Positions 52,262-64,000 of a stretch of 64,000 bases of DNA are shown piece by piece. The notes beneath the pieces are model-generated. The model saw only the letters and a list, made by a program, of their open reading frames with translations, did not search any database and was not told the origin of the DNA. The position numbers were made by a program, and so were the translations under genes. Location of the stretch: the NCBI GenBank assembly GCA_964016885.1, contig OZ024741.1, positions 43,462,001 through 43,526,000 on the forward strand, read 5' to 3'. The stretch is from Eledone cirrhosa. Its lineage: Eukaryota. The stretch's first letter is position 1. Every line of letters starts with the position of its first letter.

Positions 52262-54450
52262 ATGGTTATACGGAACAGAAAGAACACCCGTACGAACGCG
52301 CATACGCAGAAACGGTCACTTCACTCAGGCAATACTAAATTGCATGCGAGAGGTGTAAGGGAGATTACTGTAAAAGTCAAAAAGTTTCTAGTTCATAAGA
52401 AAAATAGGATGCTGTTGTAATTCAATCCGGAGCTTTGTAGTTATGTAAGAGGTGTTTCTAGACATATGGACAACGTGTGAAGAATTCAATCTTGAGTTTA
52501 GGCAATCACTATTGCGTAATCTCTTTAGAATATTTATTCGTTCATAAATACATAGTCCACACGACGGATTGCCCCTTTGCGCATGGTGTGGACATAGTGA
52601 TGGCTTTCCATTGAATGGAACAGTCTATACTCGAGTTTCGTGGATGAACGTTACGCCGGGTATTTAAAGGTCGACTGGAGGTTCAGGAAGCGTTCCTTAA
52701 ATCGGGCCCCCGTCATACCAACATAGGATTTAGCCTCCTGTGGTTGTTTTGATCGGTTGGAAGTGACCACAGCTTCATAAACTACAGCGGGTGTGTTGCA
52801 TTGCTGTTGAAGGGGACATTTTCGGGCTTACAGCAAGAGCACCCTGGTGAGGTGTTGCTCTTATGGCTGTTGGTGATGTGGGCCTTCATGTCTTAGCGCA
52901 GGAGTATCCTAGTTTTACTTTGTATCGGTTAAAGATGAAGCGGTATTTATGACCTATGGGAAAGAGTCTATCTAAGAGGGCTAGAAATTATTTGCCTACA
53001 TTGGTTTTAACGTTGAGTGAGAAGGGAGGAGAGAACCAGATGGTTTTTCTATTGTTACGCTTTGTTTTATTATTGCTGTTGTTGTTAGTGGGAGAGTAAG
53101 TGATAGGTTGCGAGAAGCCGCTGATAGCTAACGCCGTGTTATAGTAGGGTGCCGCGCTGTCAAAGATAGCCTTATCAGAGGAGAGGTTTGAGATTCTAGT
53201 ACTGATATTATTTACGAAATTTCTAAAAACAGTGGGGGGGGGGGTGGCATGAGTCCTTGTGAATGTAATTGAGTTTTTCGTTAAGCTATGGAAGGGTCTG
53301 TAGGCGTGTGTGCGAAGGTCTAAATTAATGTCTAAGAAATCTACGCTAGAGAGGTTGGTAGCTACCGTTATCCTAAGTCCTAACTCATTGAAGGTAGAAG
53401 CTAAGTCTTTTTTAAACCGGTCGAGATCGTGACCACTTTTATGGCTCGATAAGGTCAGCCCATCGTCGCGGTGTATTACCGTGTGGAACTCCGGGAATCT
53501 AACACGTAATATGTCTAAAATAAATAGGCCAACCAAGTCGCATACGAGAGCACTGTCAAACGATCCGATGGAGACGTCGAATAGGTCTGAAGTTGTTGAC
53601 TTTTTTGCCCAAGTTACTCCGTTGATGAAGAGGAGGGTTTTCCGGCAGTGAGCGATGATTTCCCTGTTTAAACCATGGACGGTGGTGTAAGTTGTAGCAA
53701 AGTCCAACGCTTTGTTTAACAGGGTCTCTTAGATCGACGGGTAAAAATCAACAATGTCAAACTGTGTGAACTTCGCTTTTTTTAATTTGAAGGAGTTAAA
53801 CCACTTAATTACGCTGTAGGTTATGAAGCTGTGGTCACTTCCAACCGACCAAGTCAACCACAGGAGGTCATATCCTATGTGGGTATGGCGCAGGGCCGAT
53901 TTAAGGAACGTTTCCTGAACCACCGGTCGTCGTTTAGGTACCCGGACAGACGTTCATCCACGAAACTCGCGAGGCACGTATGGTCCCCCAAGGACTCAAG
54001 TATAGACTACTTCATTCAATGAAAAGCCATCATTAAGTCCAAGCCATACACAAGCGGCAATCCGTCGTGTGTACTATGTATTGATGAACGAATAAATATT
54101 CTAAAGAGATTACGATATAGCGATTGCCCAAACCCAAGAAATGAATTCTTTACAACAACAACCTAATTTTCTTATCAACAAGAAACTTTCGGACTTTCGC
54201 AGTTATCTCCCTTACACCTCTCGCACGCAATTTGGTATTGCCTGAGTGAAGTGACTGTTTCTGTGCATGCGCGTTCATACGGTTGTCCTTCTTGTTCCGT
54301 ATAACCATATCCATTACGAGCTGAGGATCCGCTAAGTTGAAACAATTGTTTTCGGTATGGTGAACTAACTGTTGTTTAACCACTGCCACCTAGCTCGTCC
54401 CATGGACCGAGCGCTCTACTACTACGGATATTACCTTCCAGTGTTCTACC
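52262..54450 (-). mobile_element. Second Penelope-like element (RT + C-terminal GIY-YIG), 5'-truncated with an inverted 3' arm
   Basis: RT motifs FDIVDFYPSI, GSFDSALVCDLVGL, HRDDGL, VDFLDI and WFSPPFS. GIY-YIG VVYEAVV..YVGM...FKERF.NH. Arms at about 52262-52786 and 53817-54308 are inverted. Confidence 0.88.
54311..54360 (+). ncRNA. Minimal type I hammerhead ribozyme in the PLE arm
   Basis: CCATTACGAG-CTGAGGA-tccgctaagtt-GAAA-CAATTG-TT-TTCGGTATGG. Stem I pairs and stem III is the palindrome ACAATTGT; stem II is weak. Confidence 0.65.
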
Positions 54451-54552
54451 AATAAATATATATATATAGGTAGAACACTGGAAGGTAATATCCGTAGCGG
54501 TAGAGCACTCAGTCCATGGAACGAGCTAGGTGGCAGTGGTTAAACAACAGTT
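54367..54552. repeat. Fold-back inverted repeat with (TA)n spacer
   Basis: AACTGTTGTTTAACCACTGCCACCTAGCTCG..CCAGTGTTCTACC is mirrored by GGTAGAACACTGG..CGAGCTAGGTGGCAGTGGTTAAACAACAGTT. Confidence 0.92.
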
Positions 54553-54556
54553 TAAA

Positions 54557-54590
<34 letters not shown>

Positions 54591-54606
54591 GACGTAAAAT
54601 AAGAAA

Positions 54607-54645
<39 letters not shown>

Positions 54646-54814
54646 TCGCAAGCTGTTCGATTTACCGAATTATTATTATTTTTATATGAGCCGCCAGTGT
54701 CCGCGCATTGCCTGGAGACTTAACTGAGAATAGACTTCCTGATGACGCAATGAATTCTCGACAGTTGGATTACATAACTGTCTTTATCCCATTGCAGAAA
54801 CTAATTAGTTGGAG

Positions 54815-54844
54815 TGAAAATTTAAGTAAGAAAAAAATTTTTTT

Positions 54845-54892
<48 letters not shown>

Positions 54893-55030
54893 TATTTTCT
54901 TATTTTACGTCCTTTATATTATTGTTCTGCATTCTCCTGCATTGAACCACCTAGGTACTATGACATAACCTGTGTATTTGCTGGCATGGGCGTGCATCTG
55001 TGCGCTTATGTTAGTTGATATATTAAATTA

Positions 55031-55040
<10 letters not shown>
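54815..55040 (+). repeat. Right arm of the long-range inverted repeat (partner 48803-49000)
   Basis: See the partner arm. A short inverted piece also lies at 54586-54640. Confidence 0.88.
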
Positions 55041-55060
<20 letters not shown>

Positions 55061-55068
<8 letters not shown>

Positions 55069-55212
55069 TTCGGCCAAGCTGCATCTATCTACTTACAAGA
55101 CGTTTGCTTCGACTCATTAAAGTATATATATATATATATATATATATATACTTTAATGAGTCGAAGCAAACGTCTTGTAAGTAGATAGATGCAGCTTGGC
55201 CGAAAGTTTATA
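55061..55212. repeat. Perfect palindrome with ~62-bp arms around (TA)n
   Basis: 55061-55122 is the exact reverse complement of 55151-55212. Confidence 0.95.
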
Positions 55213-57045
55213 TGGATCTCTTCGCAATCAATGGATCCCAAGTATAATTCCACTGCTTGGCATTTTGAGCATGTGCTTTTTACCATGTTCCCAGACATCT
55301 ATAATATGCAGCCGGAGTTGCTGAATACACACGAGTGATGCTGAACCTATATTGTAGGTTTGGATTTTAAATCATGTTTTACAGTGCTCCTCGCTTTTAA
55401 TCGTGGCACTCTAACATCATAGGGAATTATGTCTTTCGAAAGTCCTTGCAATAATTTCCGGCAGAGTGAGGACGATTTCATTGCAGCTAAGACATTTTAA
55501 CCGCTTATAAGACTTTTCAAAAATTTACCTCATTAATACTAATTTGGATACTAGATGTCATATCTAATCTAACCGGAAGTTAAGCTTGACACCAGAAGAT
55601 ATAACTATACACTTCAGTTAACTACCGAATTATTTAAAGATAAATTGTCTTGTCTTACCACCTGAACAATGAATAGAATATTAATTCGTAAAGGAGCTGA
55701 TAATGATTTCAAACCTTGAAACAAATCTATACATTTTAGGGAAAAATTTGATCAATTAAATGACCAAACGTTTAAATATCTTATCGAGATCGGCAAAATG
55801 AAATCCAGCAAGATTTGAACACACATTATATAACAACAGAACTAAATAGCGCTAGGGATTTAGAATGGCTTTACACTGTCAGTCATTGTCCTATTCAGAT
55901 TCCCTAATTAAAAAAAACTACAATAACATTATAGAAAATATAATATAGGACAAAAAGAAGCGAAGAGATTTTGTTGTCAAATCCAGTTTAAATTTGTTAT
56001 AAACGATAATTAGGATTCTGATCAGAATGAAACAAAAATAGATAATAATTCTTTAGAAAATAGAACAAAAATTCCAAAACAAAGGATGCAAGAGACAACA
56101 ATAAATACAAAATAATAACAAAAAACGATTTTGCTTCATATAATATTCTGTTAGTTCCTTCATCTCTTTTATATTTGTTTTCCTGTTGTCAATAAAGCCA
56201 AATCACGCTTCGTGTTTACTCATATTTTAAACAAACTAAGCAAGCTAGTGAGGTCTTGCATGATAATAAGGATGTTTAATAATCCTATATTAAATCCAAT
56301 AAGGTTCTGTTGCCTTGTTTTAGCAGAGTAGATAAAGCAATGTGCTTGTTTTCGAAAAGAAGGAGGTGTTCGATTTACGATAAAGGCAGACTATTGTACA
56401 TTGAGTTTGGTATATTATCAAGACGTTGTAATTTCAAATGTTTATTTAAATGAAAATAAGAGAAATAAATTGAAATGGATGTCCATCAGTTGTAAAGAAG
56501 AGTGTTCCAGATGTTCGAACAAGTGAACAGCCTGCTCGTCAAATTATAGTGTAGGTGATCCAATAATCCACAGATATGTAGATACATATAATTCCTAGTG
56601 GGATTTAAGTGTCACAGTCTGTGACAAAGCTGGCCCTGTGAATAACAGGGATTCCTCGTCAGACGGGCTTACAAACAATTTCGATCAATCCAATCTCGTT
56701 CACAAGGCCTCAGTTGATCCTGGGTCCTGTTACATGACACTAGGCAAAGATGTCACATTATTGGATCTGGTAGGTAGTATAATGATAGGTAGTATAATGA
56801 CTTGCTAAGCTAAACTCGAATCCATTTACATGAGAGCATGAAACATTATTGAATTATACATTGCTAAAGAATAAAAGGTAGCTCGCCATTGTATAACACG
56901 TTGTTTGCATTCGGGTTTTATGCCATCTGTTTAATAATAATGTAAACCCTCTAAGTAATTCCTCAAAGTATATCTCTCACCATCCTACATTCTATTTGCC
57001 CTCACTCCCTCTGGCTTTCTATACAGACGCACACGCACTCACATA

Positions 57046-57560
57046 TATGATGGTTGCCCTCTCGTTATCGAGTATGGCCATTGTACGATATAACATTGTT
57101 AATCATTTTCAATAAAGCTATCGTGCAATGCTTGTGCGTGAAGATTTTATTACACTGAGGAAAGACTGTGCACTGAGAAAATCCCACTTTCTGAGCGACA
57201 GTAGCTATAACACGAAAATAAGAAAAGAACAACAACATCGGTAATTACTGAGCCGCAGATTTTATGTCGGAGTTATCTCAGTTTACAGAGTTTCCTTCTC
57301 CTAGAAGAATGCCCTAACACAGGCTATGGGTCCTTCACTCGTAGCTGTTTAACCGCGCGATCCGGTATCCAGCCCGATTATTTATACGTCCCCGTGCAGT
57401 TGTCAGGTTTTACTTTTTGTCCTGCAGGGAGTCCAAAATCACCCTCCCCACCAAGTAAACTTTGAGGGGTTGCCAGCTTAGTCGCCGCCGACGACCCGAC
57501 AATGCGACAGGTTGTACAGGGTTACATGTTACCACTAGCACTCAAGAGTGACCCGAAATA
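57046..57560 (-). mobile_element. Short non-autonomous bipartite RTE-derived element, copy 1
   Basis: Shares both ends with 58650-59258. Contains the RTE-5'UTR-like CTAGGAGAAGGAAACTCTG on the minus strand. Confidence 0.6.
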
Positions 57561-57610
57561 CCTTACGTACATGCATGCATACATACATAAATCCATCCAT
57601 CCACACATAC

Positions 57611-58070
57611 ATGATGGCTGCCTCCTCGTTATCGAGTATGGCCATTGCATGATATAACATTATTAATAATTATCAATTAATGCTATCGTGCAATGTCTGA
57701 GCGTCAAGATTTTTGTCAAAGTGAGGAAAGACTGTGCACTGAGCCAATCCCACTCTCTGGGCGACAGTAGCTATAACCCGAAAAGAAGGAAAGTTCAACA
57801 TCAACAGTAACTACTGAGCCGCAGGTTTTATGTCGGAGTTATCCCAGTTTTCTGAGTTGCCTTCTCGTAGAAGAATGCCCTGACAAATGCCAGGGGTCCC
57901 TCACTCCCACTGGTTTAACCGCACGATCGGGTATCCAGCCTGATTATTTCTATGTCCCCGCACATATATATACATACATATATACATAGGTTTATACATA
58001 TTTACACATTTTAGATGGCCGTTGACTGTTATGAGTTTTCCGCCTTTGACAGGTTTAGTTTGTACATACA
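57611..58070 (-). mobile_element. Short non-autonomous bipartite RTE-derived element, copy 2 (partial)
   Basis: Collinear with 57046-57420 and flanked by (CATA)n-like repeats. Confidence 0.6.
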
Positions 58071-58084
58071 TACATGCATACATA

Positions 58085-58400
58085 GGAAAATAAGACAGTT
58101 AGTGGAAGTTAGCTGCCCAGCAGATGCCAATATAATATCAAAGATTAGCGAAATGGAGAATATGTATGCAGATCTAATGAGAAATCTGCAAATACTCCAC
58201 CCTGATTAAACCTTTAGATTTATGCCTGTGATTATTGGCGCACTGGGATATGTTACTAACTGCCTCAATACAAATCTTGAGAAGCTGGGCTTCACAGGAA
58301 CTAAAAGAACACAACTAGTTAGGAAATTACAAGTACAATCCATTAATGGAATAATAAAAATATCTAAAACATTCCAAACATTTTGCATCTAATAACTGCA
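58085..58400 (+). mobile_element. 3' fragment of an RLE-type LINE (third family)
   Basis: Reads LVEVSCPAD.NI..K..E..NMY.DL...LQ, PVIIGALGYV..L..NLEKLG and KLQ..SI.G..KI.KTF. Lies within a CATA-rich context. Confidence 0.7.
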
Positions 58401-58649
58401 TATATGCATACACACATACAACTCAAAACATCCACATCCACACATACAATAACATCCATACCTAAACATGCATGCATGCATGCAGACATGCATACATATC
58501 TACCTAGTTGATGTTGTGTAAATTCCAATGAGAGAGTCTTGTAACTAGAAACCGACTCTCTCTCTCTATTGGCAAAAATTTGTGAAATTATAAAACCAGA
58601 AGAATATACATACATACATACATACATACATACATACATACATACATAC

Positions 58650-59258
58650 ATGGTGGCTGCCAACTCGTTTTCGAGTACGGCCACTACTTTATGTCCATGC
58701 AGGAGAACCCCTACCGATGCGCTGAACGAGTGTGACTTTTTAGTCCAGCCAGCGACTTGAAAACTCTGGTAAAACATTACACTTGTGAAAATTATTGACA
58801 CATAGTGCTGGGCCCATGGCACCATGTGATGACAAGGGCAGAGAGATCTCCAGATATAAAGCAATGCCTGTGCCGTGAAGCTTTTATAGTGAGCAAAGGC
58901 ACTGCACAAAGCCAGTCCCACTCTCTTAACCAAGATGATATTTACCAAAAAGAAGAACAAGTCAACATCATTGGATACCATCAGGGTTGCAGGTGTTATA
59001 TCAGAGTTTTCCTTCTCCTAGAATTCTGCCTTGACAAAGGCTAAGGGGTCATCTCTCCCAGTGATTTTGGATGGCCATTGACTCTTAAGAGCTCCTTTGC
59101 CCTTTGACAGGTTTTGTTTTTAGTTCTGCAGGATGTCCAAAGTCACCATCCTCACCAAGAAACCATGGTGGGGTTGCCAGTTTAGTCGCCAACTACCCGA
59201 CCATGGGACAGGTTGTACTGGGATACATGTTACCAGTAGCACCAATTGGTGACCTGAC
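58650..59258 (-). mobile_element. Short non-autonomous bipartite RTE-derived element, copy 3
   Basis: The minus strand retains a C2H2-like RTE C-terminus (..RVFKSLAGLKSHTRSAH*) joined to a 5'UTR-like part. (CATA)n lies on both sides. Confidence 0.62.
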
Positions 59259-59309
59259 ACATACATACATACATACATACATACATACATACATACATAC
59301 ATACATACA

Positions 59310-59343
<34 letters not shown>

Positions 59344-60422
59344 CACCTCTCTTTCCGTCTGTCTGCGTGAGCGGAAAATAATTCCCGAAAGAAAATGAGA
59401 AGTGTACATGAGAGGAACTGGACTCAATCTAGAAGAGAAAATACATTGGAATCACCATACCAATACTGAACACCGAAAGGTTGAAGCATACAGCGATTGG
59501 CATAATCCACAAGATATTCGGTAGACAACAGTGAATTGGCAGATACTTTAAGTTGTTAGATAGAATGTTTTACGTTAGCTGTTCCGGATTTTTGCACTCA
59601 AAGCTCGCAGAAACCAACTTTATCTTTCATCTATTTGATGTCGATAAATAAACTATCAGTCTAGTATTGAGGTCGGAGTTTCTTCTCTACAGCGGCAGCG
59701 ACTCTCTCACATAAGAAAAATAAAATGTTGATTAAAATGCATAGGACTTGTGTGCCGACAATCTTAAGAGCCCCTAGGCACGCCGTAGGTGTCGAGAGTG
59801 CACTTCGATGCTATTAACATATAGATGATCAGTGATGAGTATGTGACTATATATTGTAAACTGATCAAAAGTAGCCATGTTAACCTTCGTGTGTCTGTGT
59901 TTGTGAGCGCATGAGTGAGTGTGTATGTATGTATGTGTGTATATGGGATGTTAATTGATATCAATACTATTGATTATTCACCCTTAATGTATTTCATTTC
60001 ATTAAATGTTTAATGTATGATTCTCTTTAATATATTTAAATTTCATATTCTATTTGTTTAGAACTTTTTAAATCCAGGCGTTCTTATGTGTCAGAATTAT
60101 AGAGACGCACTATTTGAAAAAATAAAATAAATAATAATACGCAGAAAATGTATTTCCAATCAATTGAACGATTCTATTATAAGATTACATTGTGACGGTT
60201 AGAATAATTCAGAATCTTCCGAGAGAAATGTTTCTCTATTTTTATTTTTATTTTGTATAATGATTTTTGAATGAACATTTTTTTAGTAAAAAATGAAAAT
60301 CAAATACAACAAATTAGACTTCTACATTTAAACGCGTCATTTCATTGGTAGTAATATAATTATGTTCAATTACAATCAGGTTATATTTCTTTGCTTAGCA
60401 GTTGACTGCTGTTTCTTCCACC

Positions 60423-60532
<110 letters not shown>

Positions 60533-60829
60533 ATGTGTCATTACCAATATTATCATCATTGTTTGTTGCGGGGTCGATATACTAAAGTGAATCGACGTAC
60601 ACATTAAGGAAATTACTGACCTTGAGCAAAAATCAGAAATTATTTTCACGGATGGTTGTCTGAAGTATTAATAAAATGTTGATAAATTTAAAAAAATTAC
60701 ATAGAAAAATGAATGATTCTCGGTAGCTAACTGCGTTAGTATACTTTCTAAACACAACTCATACTGAAGTTAGCTTTCATTTCTAAGTAGAGAGGTTCAA
60801 TTATTCAAGGTTTTATTTTATTAAATTGA

Positions 60830-61010
60830 GCGTCGTCAGTTCCAACAATGAATGAGCTAGTTATTTCATCTGCGGTATAGCCTAACTGTGAACCTAACAA
60901 GGAAATTGTTAAGTATTCAACCGACATGCATATCCTTAAACGTATTTCCCAAGGTGATTCAACGTGACGCAGTATGTAACATGGCTGACTATTTGAACCA
61001 TCGGTAATAT
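60830..61010 (+). pseudogene. Possible highly degenerate Helitron RepHel fragment
   Basis: VPTMNELV...KEIV...ILKRISQ...LF loosely resembles the PTxNEVA..RDI..LKRIS..YPLLF motif. Contains stops; similarity is weak. Confidence 0.25.
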
Positions 61011-61775
61011 CCATTCTGTATTATAGTGTAAGTGTCTGAGTATCCTGATTCACCTGCATCTGTTAACGTAATTCTGAGGGAGATTCATTTATAAGTTATA
61101 AGCCCCTCCCTATAAAGTTCAAGTACATTCCATCTTGCATTATAGTGTGACTTCATTTCCCACAGACAGTTGTACGCTAGAACATAATGCGTGACAGAAT
61201 TTGTGACAAGGCTGTCGTTCTTTAAAGTAAAAGTCCATCTAACAGGATTCCACACAGTTAAACAACGGTCGCTTTTGATTCATTGAATCAGAGGCAGTTT
61301 TCGGAGAAGTGGTATCAGTTCTCGTTCTACTGACCGACAAACATCAAAGTGATTCAGTCCAATATTCGTACAGAATATAACGTTTTGTATCGATGACTTC
61401 AACATCAGTGGTTCGAGAGATCCTGCATGGATTATGGGCTCTGTCCATTATCTAAAACTAATATATTTATTCTGTTATCATTTTGCATATTTCATGTATG
61501 GGGCAGTAACTATGATGGGACATACACTTCAATAGTTATAGGTAATTACATAAACTCCTCAAATCCCCTCAACTTGTTTTAAATTTTCAGGTTGGTACAT
61601 TTGTCGTGTTCTTTTTCTCAATCAACTAAATTAGGGCACAAAACCAGTGAACATAAACACTTATATACCTATATATATATATACTTCCGTCTTCAAATGA
61701 TTATCTACAGCGGATGTTTCATGCGCTAATATAATAACCATTTTAGCCTATTTTGTTTTATTAGCTAATGTGTAA

Positions 61776-61820
61776 ATGTCACCGATGATGGATCAAAATC
61801 CAGAAATAGCTATCTGACAT
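61776..61820 (+). ncRNA. Orphan minimal type I hammerhead ribozyme (one core substitution)
   Basis: ATGTCA-CCGATGA-TGGAT/caaa/ATCCA-GAAA-TAGCTA-TC-TGACAT. Stems I and II are perfect, stem III is the palindrome ATAGCTAT, and the core has C in place of U in CUGAUGA. Confidence 0.8.
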
Positions 61821-61964
61821 ACTCAACGCTACTGAGATACTGTAACATGATTACAGATTGAAAATTCCCGTAGCAAGGCACTCATGTTTTTTATGCATAA
61901 ACATATCGTATATTCTTTTGTAAACACCCTATGAACCATGCTATGCCTACACACACACATATAT

Positions 61965-62050
<86 letters not shown>

Positions 62051-62109
62051 ATACAGACACACGCACACACACACACATACACTCCCACACACATATCACA
62101 TATAGGCGA

Positions 62110-62232
62110 CCCAAGGCAATAGTCGACCCAAGGCAATAGTAGAAGATACTTGCCCTTGATGCCAGACTGTGGAACTGAACCTAAATTCACGCGCTTGCGT
62201 AGTAGTGAGTTCATTAAACACACAGCCATACA
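62110..62232 (-). mobile_element. Degenerate tRNA-derived SINE head
   Basis: Minus strand reads TGGCTGTGTG..GGTTCAGTTCCAC..GGGCAAGTATCTTCTACTAT.GCCTTGGGTCGAC. Confidence 0.6.
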
Positions 62233-64000
62233 TGACCTGAATAACCATGGTTCCTATATGAACGTAATCAGACTGATTATTGGTGCGTCTTGAGGGTGGG
62301 ATACATGTGTGTTTTGTATAGGTGTAGTAACTATTTAAAGCTGATGTATGTTCTAGCTTTGAAAATTAACTTCATATATTGGGATTCATTTGACTGTATA
62401 TAAATAGAGAAATCGAAAATCGAGTGGGAGGTTTAGAATTTGCTGAATAATTAAAGGTATATATGAATGCTGTTAATGGATTATAGTAGACGTAGTTCAC
62501 GTAATTACAGTTGTGTTGAGCTAAAGGATCATATAGGATTATCAATCTCTTTCGCATATTTCCAATTAAAGAAAAATTCCAATTAACAAAAACAAAAATC
62601 CTTTAATATGATCAGCTCAACATTAATAAATGCTATCCATTGCTTAATATTGGTTTAGGAAAGCTAGTACAATTCTGGAACGAAATAAGTGAGTGGAATC
62701 AGAAGCAAAGTAAAGTATACTGAAACAATAAATTACACTTTTGTAACTTGCATAGCATTGGTTTTGCTGAAGCGATTTTACAAACATATATTCCAAGGTT
62801 TCATATAAACTCACTCTACTACATTATTCATTGGTAAGCCATGTCCCACGATGATCTACAAATATTGGATATTAACATTAAACATTGAATTCTGTGCATC
62901 TGCAAATAAAACTAGTTGGAAAAAAAAAATAATCACCTGGCTCTTGACAGTTCGACCTACTCTGATGTTACCACTTTGACACATAAAACACTGCTCCTTA
63001 GCTACATATACGATCTATTTCTTGTTCTTTGTTATCCCTCTTGTTTTAAAACAAAGAAAATAAAACAAAATCCACTACATACTGCTAAACTAGAGTAAGT
63101 CCCCAGATGGCATTCTTTGTAATAGTAGACAGGATGGTATATTTTTACATTTCCTTTTCTATTACAATCCATACACAACATTCCTCTCTTCATCTCTGTG
63201 TTTTATGTATTATTTTCATTCAATGTCTCGTGGTTAGAAACGAAGATTAAAAAAACAGATTGCTATATCAAATCTCTGATTCTGGTATAGGAAATTTATA
63301 TAGATGTGTTTATTGTCGCATGTAACAAACAAAAAAATGTTTCTAAAATGTTTGAGTGATATGCACACTGATAAAGATGTACTCGGATTAAATGATAAGA
63401 GATATTGCAAGGGGAATCGATAAAATGTAAATGTTGCAAGAAGGTTTCACCAAATTGTGACAAAAGTAATCTTAAATAGATGTATGTTATTCTATGCTAA
63501 TGGTAGTTGTCAAATTTTACAGAAGTATCATGAAATATATTATCATAAGCATAACTCATTTACTCTCAGTGTGTTGGTTTCTGTCATTGGAGCGGGTCCC
63601 TATTGGAGAAACACATGGACTGGATAGTAGAGTATATCGATTCAAGTATTGTATTAATCTCTATTTTTGAAATACTACCTCAGGGACACGAATAAAAACA
63701 TGGACGTATACGCATAAACATACAAACCTACTGTATTCAAAATTACACACGTAAATACACAGTTACACACACACACACACTGCATCTTCATTCATAACCA
63801 TACACGCTTTCTATGCAGCCCCTTTCGACTCCTGCTATGTGTAGATGTATGTAAACTTACAAGTTCATATATATTTTTGTACATCTCCCTATGTTAGTCA
63901 GTTCACACGCACATAGCTGCTCACTCTCATAGCAGCTAGCCTGTCAAGGTCCGACCAGTATCTTTCAAACTACTGCACAAACCAACAAACACACCTGCAT

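Noticed and set aside
51227-59258. CRISPR-like array or prokaryotic system
   Set aside because: There are no regularly spaced short repeats with unique spacers and no cas-like ORFs; the context is eukaryotic.

Overview
This is a eukaryotic, AT-rich, microsatellite-dense window with no host protein-coding gene I can support. The tRNA-derived SINE types and repeat landscape resemble a coleoid cephalopod (Octopus-like); that is inference only. It is a cluster of retroelements: (i) four near full-length L1/Tx1-type non-LTR elements plus one 3' fragment (zinc-knuckle ORF1; APE-RT-CCHC ORF2), two with uninterrupted ORF2, flanked by (TTA)n or (TATC)n; (ii) several R4/Dong-like RT-plus-restriction-like-endonuclease elements associated with (TAA)n; (iii) two Penelope-like elements with inverted pLTR arms and minimal hammerhead ribozymes, plus an orphan hammerhead; (iv) RTE and CR1 relics, bipartite RTE-derived short elements and SINEs. 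The most notable observations are: strand- and motif-specific partitioning of microsatellite targets among retroelement families; an ORF1/5'UTR module swap on a near-identical Tx1 ORF2; a conserved GTAAGT splice-donor motif at the Tx1 ORF1/ORF2 boundary that could fuse ORF1 to ORF2 or skip ORF2; and repeated fold-back palindromes centred on (TA)n. Coordinates of degenerate elements are approximate and were read by eye.
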